NCBI GenBank assembly: GCA_020057115.1
Contig: JAGVGJ010000027.1
Coordinates: 5,058 to 69,057 of the forward strand
Direction of reading: 5' to 3'
Length of the DNA: 64,000 nucleotides
Origin: Candidatus Omnitrophota bacterium
Lineage (GTDB): Bacteria > Omnitrophota > Gorgyraeia > 2-01-FULL-45-10
Position 1 is the first letter of the stretch; the number at the start of each line of letters is the position of its first letter. This document shows, in pieces, positions 56,689 through 64,000 of the stretch. Position numbers and translations under genes: made by a program. A model generated the notes under the pieces. It saw nothing but the letters and a program-made list of their open reading frames with translations, had not been told where the DNA came from and made no database searches.

Positions 56689-57447
56689 GTGAAAGCGATA
56701 GGGGTCATACCGGCAAGGTGGGGAGCGACAAGGTTCGAAGGCAAGGTCCTTGCAAATCTTTTGGGAAAGCCGGTCATTCAGCATGTATGGGAGAATGCGA
56801 AGAAGGCGAAGACGCTGGACGATCTCGTGGTCGCTTGCGACGACGAGAGGATAATGAAGGTGGTCGAAGGCTTCGGCGGAAAGGCCATCTACACGTCTCC
56901 TAACCAGCCCTCAGGAACGGACAGGCTGGCTGAGGTCATAAATCCGCTCGATATAGAGATAGCCGTTAATATACAGGGCGACGAACCGCTGATGAAGCCT
57001 ATCATGATAGACAAGCTTGTGATGTCTCTCGAGGATGAGAAGCTCGCGCAGATGGCCACCGTCATAAAGAAGGTCGAGGATGATTCGGAACTTACGAACT
57101 CGAACGTCGTCAAGGTCGTGGTGGATAAGAACGGTTATGCGATATACTTCTCGAGATACGCCATCCCTTATAACAGGACCGGCAAGGCCGAGAAAGACAA
57201 GAAGCCCGTCTATTACAAACACATAGGGCTCTACGCATTCACCAAGGACTTTCTCTTTACTTTCAAGAAACTTCCGGAATCTTCTCTTGAGAGGGCCGAG
57301 AAGCTCGAGCAGTTAAGGGCGCTTGAATACGGCTATAAGATAAAGGTCGTGGAGACACAGTTCGATACCATCGGAGTGGATACTCCGGAAGACTTGAAGC
57401 GCGTCGAAGAGGCCCTTTTAAGGGAGAGAGAGAACACACAGGTATAA
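56689..57447 (+). CDS. kdsB: Kdo cytidylyltransferase
   Basis: IPARWGATRFEGK, SGTDR, NIQGDEP, HIGLY, LEQLRALE. Confidence 0.96.
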   Translation: MKAIGVIPARWGATRFEGKVLANLLGKPVIQHVWENAKKAKTLDDLVVACDDERIMKVVEGFGGKAIYTSPNQPSGTDRLAEVINPLDIEIAVNIQGDEPLMKPIMIDKLVMSLEDEKLAQMATVIKKVEDDSELTNSNVVKVVVDKNGYAIYFSRYAIPYNRTGKAEKDKKPVYYKHIGLYAFTKDFLFTFKKLPESSLERAEKLEQLRALEYGYKIKVVETQFDTIGVDTPEDLKRVEEALLRERENTQV

Positions 57448-57448
57448 A

Positions 57449-58279
57449 ATGACAAAAGCGATATCCGTAGGGACGATAAATATAGGAAGATCCAGCCCTC
57501 TGGTCCTCATAGCGGGGCCGTGCGTCATAGAGTCTGAGGCAGCCACTCTCAAGTCCGCAAGGCTCCTGAAGGCGCTAGCCGTAAGGGCCGGGATCCCGTT
57601 CATATTCAAGTCAAGTTACGACAAGGCGAACAGGACCTCCGTAGATTCATTCCGGGGGCCGGGCTTGAAGAAGGGGCTTAAGATCCTAAAGAAGGTAAAG
57701 GACGAGTTGGATGTTCCCATACTTTCGGATGTCCATTGCAAGGAAGACGTGAAAGAGGCCGCAAAGGTCCTTGATATCATACAGATACCGGCATTCCTCT
57801 GCCGCCAGACGGATATCGTCCTGGCTGCCGCAGATACCGGCAAAGTGGTAAACCTTAAAAAGGGGCAGTTCATGGCCCCCTGGGACATGCGCCATGTCAT
57901 AAAGAAAGTGGAGTCGCGCGGCAATAAGAACATAATACTTACCGAGCGCGGCGTCAGCTTCGGATATAATACGCTTGTAAGCGACTTCAGGTCTCTCATG
58001 ATAATGAAAGATCTGGGCTATCCAGTCATCTACGACGCCACCCATTCCGTCCAGTCCCCTTCGGGTAAGGGCGATAAGTCGGGAGGGGACAGGAAGTATG
58101 TTCCGGCGCTGGCGCTTGCCGCGATAACCTGCGGCGCGGACGGCCTCTTCATGGAGGTGCACGAGCATCCTGATAAAGCCCCGAGCGACGGTCCGAACAT
58201 GCTGAAGCTTTCGGACCTTTCGAAGCTCCTTGACAAGGTAAAAGCCATAGAGAAGGTGGTAAGAAGATGTCGAGAGTAA
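57449..58279 (+). CDS. kdsA: Kdo 8-phosphate synthase
   Basis: AGPCVIE, DKANRTS, QIPAFLCRQTD, KKGQF, DATHSVQ. Confidence 0.97.
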   Translation: MTKAISVGTINIGRSSPLVLIAGPCVIESEAATLKSARLLKALAVRAGIPFIFKSSYDKANRTSVDSFRGPGLKKGLKILKKVKDELDVPILSDVHCKEDVKEAAKVLDIIQIPAFLCRQTDIVLAAADTGKVVNLKKGQFMAPWDMRHVIKKVESRGNKNIILTERGVSFGYNTLVSDFRSLMIMKDLGYPVIYDATHSVQSPSGKGDKSGGDRKYVPALALAAITCGADGLFMEVHEHPDKAPSDGPNMLKLSDLSKLLDKVKAIEKVVRRCRE

Positions 58280-59226
58280 TAGCAAAGAAGGTGCTTAAGA
58301 TCGAGCGCGACGCCCTGTCTAGCCTTATAGCGAGGATAGACGGTAATTTCGAAAAGGCGGTCAATGCAATATACTCCACGAAGGGGCGCGTCATAGTCGC
58401 CGGGCTCGGAAAACCCGGCTTCATAGCCCAGAAGATATCGGCGACATTATCCTCGACGGGAACGCCGTCTTTATACCTGCATCCGGCCGAGGCTCTCCAC
58501 GGGGATCTCGGAAGGGTCACGCGCGATGACGCGATAATCGCGCTCTCTAACTCCGGCGAAACCGAAGAGTTCATAAAATTCCTGCCTATAGTGAAGAAGA
58601 TAGGCGCGAAACTTATCGCCATGGTCGGCAATACGAAGTCTACCCTGGCGCGCAATGCGGACCATGTGATCGACGTAAGCGTGAAACGCGAGGCATGCCC
58701 GCTGGGACTGGCCCCTACTACATCGACCACGGCGATGCTTGCGATGGGCGACGCGCTTGCCGTAGCATTGCTGGAGCGCAAGGGTTTTAAAGAGAAGGAC
58801 TTTGCGTTCTTTCATCCGGGCGGGATACTGGGCAAAAGGCTCCTCCTTAAAGTTGGGGACATCATGAGGACCGGACACTCCAATCCTATAGTCAATGAGA
58901 ATAAGAAGATAAAAGAGGTCCTTCTTTCGATAACAAGGGCCAGGGCGGGGTCTGCCAGCGTCGTGGATTCGAAGGGAAAGCTTGTAGGCATATTTACCGA
59001 CGGGGATCTGAGAAGGCATCTCGAGACAGAGCCTAATATAATAAATAAGCGCGTCAAAGATCTCATGACCAGGAACCCTACGGTCACAAAAAAAGGGCGA
59101 CTCGCCGCAGAGGCCCTCGAGATATTGCGTTCAAAGAGGCTTGACGAGCTTCCTGTCGTGGATGAGAGGTCCAGGCCCATAGGGCTTCTCGACGTCCAGG
59201 ACATACTTAAGGCCGGTCTTGTATGA
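58267..59226 (+). CDS. kdsD: Arabinose 5-phosphate isomerase (KpsF/GutQ), SIS plus CBS domains
   Basis: STGTP, EALHGDLG, SNSGET, APTTST, HPGG, TDGDLRR. Confidence 0.95.
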   Translation: MSRVIAKKVLKIERDALSSLIARIDGNFEKAVNAIYSTKGRVIVAGLGKPGFIAQKISATLSSTGTPSLYLHPAEALHGDLGRVTRDDAIIALSNSGETEEFIKFLPIVKKIGAKLIAMVGNTKSTLARNADHVIDVSVKREACPLGLAPTTSTTAMLAMGDALAVALLERKGFKEKDFAFFHPGGILGKRLLLKVGDIMRTGHSNPIVNENKKIKEVLLSITRARAGSASVVDSKGKLVGIFTDGDLRRHLETEPNIINKRVKDLMTRNPTVTKKGRLAAEALEILRSKRLDELPVVDERSRPIGLLDVQDILKAGLV

Positions 59227-59747
59227 ACGATCACGCAGAACGCCTGAAACAGATAAAGATGCTGATAGTGGACATAGACGGCGTCATGACCGACGGGCGC
59301 ATCGTATATTCCGTATACGGCGATGAGCTTAAATTCTTCGACGTCCAGGACGGGTTCGGCATAAACCTTCTCAATAAAGCCGGAATAAAGACCGTCATAA
59401 TAACCGCGAAGAAGTCGCGCATAGTTAAGATGCGCGCCAGGGACATGAAGGTCACAAGGGCCTATCAGGGTTTTATCAATAAGCTGAAACCTTTTAACGA
59501 TGTCCTGAGGCGTTACAGAATGAAGCCCGAAGAGATATGTTTTATCGGCGATGATCTTATCGACATTCCGGTATTAAAGAGAGTCGGTTTTGCCGTGGCA
59601 GTGCCGAATGGTATGGAAGAAGTAAAGAAAGTCGCCCACTACACAACCTCCAAAACAGGAGGCCGCGGAGCCGTCCGTGAGATATGCGACATGATCCTCA
59701 AGTCGCAGGGGAAGTGGGAAACTGTAACATCCAAGTATTACGAATAA
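59223..59747 (+). CDS. kdsC: Kdo 8-phosphate phosphatase
   Basis: DIDGVMTDG, DGFGI, GDDLID, GGRGAVRE. Confidence 0.95.
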   Translation: MNDHAERLKQIKMLIVDIDGVMTDGRIVYSVYGDELKFFDVQDGFGINLLNKAGIKTVIITAKKSRIVKMRARDMKVTRAYQGFINKLKPFNDVLRRYRMKPEEICFIGDDLIDIPVLKRVGFAVAVPNGMEEVKKVAHYTTSKTGGRGAVREICDMILKSQGKWETVTSKYYE

Positions 59748-59800
59748 ACTCCACAAAATTTCCTCACAATTTAAAATATCAAAAAGTTAGTAAATTATAT

Positions 59801-59858
59801 TTGAATATATGATTCGGATATGATATATTATAGTTAACTTTCTATTAGGTTAACTATA
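59801..59858 (+). promoter_or_regulatory. Promoter with overlapping palindromic operator upstream of the second giant ORF
   Basis: TTGAAT(59801-59806)-N17-TATATT(59824-59829); TATAGTTAAC-N10-GTTAACTATA (59829-59858). Confidence 0.55.
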
Positions 59859-59875
59859 GAATTCGAAAAAATTTC

Positions 59876-62800
59876 ATGCTAATAAATATGATTAAAGAAA
59901 AATTCTATTTGTCCGCAAAAAGAATGGCGATAGTTATTGTCATTCTCTCTCTCGCCATGCCGTCTTCCGGCTTCGCATCTGATAATAATTATCGACATAT
60001 CGCCAGAGAGACCCTTTCGCCTGTTTCAAAATTCTGCGCCATGCCCAAGATCGTCAACATCGATAAGGACCGCTATGTGATCATTGAGACCAGAGATAAG
60101 AGGCCTGCCTACATAGCCCAGGCTGATACCTTCCAAAATGATACGGCATTCCTCTACTTAGGCGCGCTGATAGGCGAGGCGCTGAGGCTTGATCTAAGCG
60201 AGCCGACATTGATAGACCTTATAAAGACCCATCTTGCGAACATAGACTTCAGCAGTTTCGACCTTAGATTGATGGAAAAGGAAAATGGCGTATTCACCGT
60301 GCCGTATAAGAGGTCTGACAATGGCAAGCGCATGAGCCTGAAATATTCGCTCGTAAAGCCGGGCGAGACGCCGCCGGCAGGGGTCGTGACTATAAATACC
60401 ATTGAAGGCCTGAAGGTGGCTGTAGACGCCACCAATGAGGATCTCCAGGCGCCTTCCGCAGGGTTCTCCGTTCAGGAAGGCGAATCGCTCATAGAGAACG
60501 GATTTAACTATAATGACCCCGGACAGCTCAGGCTTGCATATGAAGCCGTGAAGGCGCGCGGCTTCGACGTGACATGGACAGAATTTAAACAGAAGATGGA
60601 CGGGTTGTTGAAATTCGAAAAGGAGCACCGGGGATATTTTAAGAGCCTTTTTACAAAAGATAACCGGCTTAAGACTGTGGAGATCAGCGCTAAGGGCGCC
60701 GTCACCTTCGAGCCTGACCCGAAAGACCGCGAAGAGCTCGCAAGGCTTGCCAGGGATCTGGCGGCGAGAAAAGAGGCGTTCGACTCCCTGGCATGGATCG
60801 AGAAAGATTTCCCTGATGACAAGGTCTTCAGCGTAAGAAGCATATACCGCGCGATGCTGCTTAATGGCGCGCATTTGAATATTGATGCCGCTTACAGCGG
60901 CAAGCTGCCTGCGGACGAAATGCGCCGGGAGCTCTTGTCGGAGAAGAACCGCAAAGAGCTGTACCGGGTCGTATTCGCTCTTGCCCGCGCGCGTTTCGGC
61001 CATTCTGATAAGGATATCCGCGATAGATGCGTTCGGCTTGCCATGTCAGCGATAGTGGCAGATGCCCTGGCTGACAAAGCCATGGCTGACCAGCTTCTTT
61101 CCGAAAAGGCGGAAGTCCAGGCGGCCGCATTCCAGAATTTATACAGAAGCTATGTGGACCACCTGCCTCGCGAAGCAGGTTTAAAGAGCGCAAGGTCCGA
61201 CAAGCTGCTCTCAAGGGCGATCGACGAGCTGTCGGCCGCCGCGCTCGGGAGGATCGCCGGCGTATCGGCCGCCGCGCCCGGCCGCGCTGACGCTATAAGG
61301 CTCGTGCCGGCAAATTTTTTAAGCGTATTCCGCGGCCGCGCCGGTATCGCAGACTGTTCTTTCGATGAAGATAAAGGCGCGCCATATACGCGCGCCCTGC
61401 ACGAGGATACGCTTTACTACCTGGTCTATAAGGGCGGGGAGCTTAAAGGGTATGTCGGCATGTGCCTCGGGAATATCGAGAAGGGTAGCTTCAGGAATAG
61501 TTCGGTTCTCACTATCGACACCATAAACTCGCCAGCCCTGGACGGGGAAGAACTGCTTACCGCGCTCTTTTCAAAATTACAGGAAGAGGCACAGAGGCTC
61601 GGATGCGTAGGCGTAGCCCTGCCGGGTACCGGAACGAGCTTTTATCTTGCGTTCAATTTCAATAATGCGGACACGATACCGGAGATGGAAGCCTACAGGC
61701 GCTCCTTCCCGATACGAGTCGTACCGCTGCATCGTAGGTCATGGGGCGAGTTCGAGGATGTCTACGGAGCCGTTGACGGATATAACTCGATCGAGTACGG
61801 TGACTTCGTTATGCTCGATCCCGACATGCTCAAAGCGCCGGCCCGGCCGCCGGACGGCTCGGCCTACAATATGTACCATCTCCTGAGATCGCCGCAATTC
61901 AGCGGGCGTTTTGTGTCTGCCTCGGAGCTTGCGGAACTGACGCGCGGCAGGGCCGAAGGCGGGCATCTGTCGGTTAAGCATACCGTGCTGCGCGATCTTC
62001 GCATTCTCGAAAGGCTCGGGCTTCTTGAGCGGGCCAGTTCAGACGATAATGCCGTTTACAGGATCGCAGACACTAGATCTGAGTATCAGGACGTGATGGA
62101 GTATATACTGAAAGACCTTCCTCCAAGGCTTAAGAGCGGAGACCTGGACAATTTCCAAAGAAAGTACAGGAAAGTCCTCGCGGGCCAGATAGATGCCGCG
62201 GACCTCATCTCAGGTAAATACGTGACGCGCGACAAACTTTATGACGCCGAAGATAATCTTGCGCGTAGCATGATATCGGCGGTATTGCCCGCGAGGGGCG
62301 AGCCGAACTACGCGTCTATAGCGCTTCTTCTCGTAGGAGCCCTCGAGAATGACTTTGAATTTTCTAAGGACGAGCTCGCGCGGCTGAAGCAGCTGAAAGA
62401 TGACATGCTTGTCTGGAGAGGGCGTTCTTTCCGGAAAGAACGCTTGAGGCTTGAGCTCGGTAGCGTCCTGGTGCCTATCCTTGATGTTTCCAGGGGAGGC
62501 ATCAAGCTGAAGAAGAAAGCGGGGAGATCTTCTGTCTCGATCGAAAAATACATACTTGCCCTGGGAGTGATATTTGAGGAAGGTCCGGTGCGCGGCGCCA
62601 TGATGGCAAAGCCTGTAATAAAGAATATAGTCGACGCCGTATTTGACGAGAAACACAAGGAAGATATAAGCCTCACGAGCCCATGGAGATCATATCATCT
62701 TCAGGCCGATAGCTCTGTTACGTGCTGGCAGCAGCTTGCGTATTTCCGGTACCTATCCGTGGGATTCCCGGACAGCTCTCCGGACCGCTGGCAGAAGATG

Positions 62801-64000
62801 GCGTATCTCCATCATCCCAAAGGATCGGAATACAAGACTCGCTTGCGGGAGTGGCCGCTTCAATGGTCCGAAGACGAAGCAGCGAAGAGGAAGATAAGCA
62901 TCGCGTTTGGCATCGTAGAAAAAAAGGCCGTTGAGTTGGAGAGGATCGGCAAGGCCTATTTCAGCGCAGGGTCGCTTGAGGCGATGAAGAACAAGATAAC
63001 ATTGATAGAAGTGGATTCGCCGCTTCCTTTATTATTTACGGACACGGTCGGCAACGTAGTGCGGCCGGAGTATAACGGCCGCAGCAGGCAGGTGGCGTAT
63101 ATACCGAAACTATTCCTGTCGGATCTTGACGAGAAGAGCGAGTCCGACATGAGGGAGCTGGCGGCCCATCTATTCTACATACTCGAATGGAACAAGATGC
63201 ATCAGGAGATGTTATCGAGCGGCGCTAAGGCCGAAAAGACCCACGATGCCTTGAGCGCGCTTACGGAAAAATTCACGAAAGAGGACAGGTACGGCCTGGC
63301 CTCTCCGGAACAGATACGTTCAAGGCTGTATCGCCTGGCGAGACAGACGCTAGTCGCGGAATGCGTTGAGGCTGTGCCCGAAGCGATCGACGCATACGAT
63401 CGCGTAAGGGATACGAGAAGATCCCTTGGTTCCGGATTTTCGAAGGGGTATCTCTATTCCGAGGTCGGCCTTGGAGATGCAGAGGATGATGCCAGGCAGA
63501 AATATGTGCAGCTGGAGGAGGGGCTCGGCGCCATGGTATCTTTCTTCGACATGCTCGGGATGCATGACGCAGCGCTCAATTTCTTCGAAGAGCAGGAGAG
63601 GTGCATACGCATAATACAGTCCAGCGACATAGGCCTTCTGCCTGCGGAGCTGCAGCTGAAGCTGGTATTCTTCTACCTAAGGCATGGCGATTTCGATACG
63701 TTCCTAAAAAACCTCGACATGATATTGACGGGCAAGCTCTTTCCGGAGAGGATCGCGAGATTCGCCCGCGCCTTGGGGATCTCCGTCGATGAGCTGCAGA
63801 AGAAACAGGTAGAGCAGATGCTGGCATTTATAGATCATAGCATGCCGTATATCGAGCGCACGATAGAAGAGGCCCTGGCCTCATTAAAACGGGTTGCGCC
63901 GGACCAGGCCGCCAGGGCTGAGATCGATGCTGTCCACGAGAAGGCGGAGTCGATGATAAGCAGGTTCACCGTGCTTATGCGGGACGGCCAGTTGCCGCTT
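59876..64000 (+). CDS. Second large multidomain protein (at least 1375 aa, runs off the window end)
   Basis: Frame from ATG 59876 (MLINMIKEKFYLSAKRMAIVIVILSLAMPSSGFA, signal-like) appears open to 64000, and the track lists no ORF in this frame, consistent with no stop in the window. GNAT-like segment near 61400-61650 and wHTH-like segment near 61860-62070. Confidence 0.85.
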   Translation, partial: MLINMIKEKFYLSAKRMAIVIVILSLAMPSSGFASDNNYRHIARETLSPVSKFCAMPKIVNIDKDRYVIIETRDKRPAYIAQADTFQNDTAFLYLGALIGEALRLDLSEPTLIDLIKTHLANIDFSSFDLRLMEKENGVFTVPYKRSDNGKRMSLKYSLVKPGETPPAGVVTINTIEGLKVAVDATNEDLQAPSAGFSVQEGESLIENGFNYNDPGQLRLAYEAVKARGFDVTWTEFKQKMDGLLKFEKEHRGYFKSLFTKDNRLKTVEISAKGAVTFEPDPKDREELARLARDLAARKEAFDSLAWIEKDFPDDKVFSVRSIYRAMLLNGAHLNIDAAYSGKLPADEMRRELLSEKNRKELYRVVFALARARFGHSDKDIRDRCVRLAMSAIVADALADKAMADQLLSEKAEVQAAAFQNLYRSYVDHLPREAGLKSARSDKLLSRAIDELSAAALGRIAGVSAAAPGRADAIRLVPANFLSVFRGRAGIADCSFDEDKGAPYTRALHEDTLYYLVYKGGELKGYVGMCLGNIEKGSFRNSSVLTIDTINSPALDGEELLTALFSKLQEEAQRLGCVGVALPGTGTSFYLAFNFNNADTIPEMEAYRRSFPIRVVPLHRRSWGEFEDVYGAVDGYNSIEYGDFVMLDPDMLKAPARPPDGSAYNMYHLLRSPQFSGRFVSASELAELTRGRAEGGHLSVKHTVLRDLRILERLGLLERASSDDNAVYRIADTRSEYQDVMEYILKDLPPRLKSGDLDNFQRKYRKVLAGQIDAADLISGKYVTRDKLYDAEDNLARSMISAVLPARGEPNYASIALLLVGALENDFEFSKDELARLKQLKDDMLVWRGRSFRKERLRLELGSVLVPILDVSRGGIKLKKKAGRSSVSIEKYILALGVIFEEGPVRGAMMAKPVIKNIVDAVFDEKHKEDISLTSPWRSYHLQADSSVTCWQQLAYFRYLSVGFPDSSPDRWQKMAYLHHPKGSEYKTRLREWPLQWSEDEAAKRKISIAFGIVEKKAVELERIGKAYFSAGSLEAMKNKITLIEVDSPLPLLFTDTVGNVVRPEYNGRSRQVAYIPKLFLSDLDEKSESDMRELAAHLFYILEWNKMHQEMLSSGAKAEKTHDALSALTEKFTKEDRYGLASPEQIRSRLYRLARQTLVAECVEAVPEAIDAYDRVRDTRRSLGSGFSKGYLYSEVGLGDAEDDARQKYVQLEEGLGAMVSFFDMLGMHDAALNFFEEQERCIRIIQSSDIGLLPAELQLKLVFFYLRHGDFDTFLKNLDMILTGKLFPERIARFARALGISVDELQKKQVEQMLAFIDHSMPYIERTIEEALASLKRVAPDQAARAEIDAVHEKAESMISRFTVLMRDGQLPL

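Overview
A 64-kb bacterial chromosomal window, almost entirely + strand. The giant multidomain proteins and the LpxL-ELM1 fusion suggest a Ca. Omnitrophota/PVC-like organism (inference only). In order: (1) tsaB 3' end and alr; (2) a promoter, a c-di-GMP-I (GEMM-I) riboswitch variant with A at the Vc2 G20 position, and a terminator, upstream of a 3380-aa protein with CPBP protease, two kinase-like, HExxH, two GGDEF-like and histidine-kinase modules, two of which appear permuted; (3) a ~15.6-kb surface-glycan locus (GT-C, oxidoreductase, wzm/wzt, GT2/GT4) with an in-frame TAG, a frameshift, a head-to-head truncation and dif-like sequences at its borders; (4) ilvDBNC-leuA, aroE-pilD-aroC-aroK and dprA-topA-xerC, with 7-bp tandem-repeat hairpins in the spacers; (5) an LPS/Kdo/heptose cluster interrupted by a ~600-nt gene-free structured interval holding two inverted, exactly 100-nt three-way-junction modules with 12 compensatory base-pair changes, plus a probable antisense sRNA; (6) a second giant ORF that runs off the window end. 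No rRNA, tRNA, CRISPR array or transposase was seen. All calls come from reading motifs by eye; no searches or folding programs were run.
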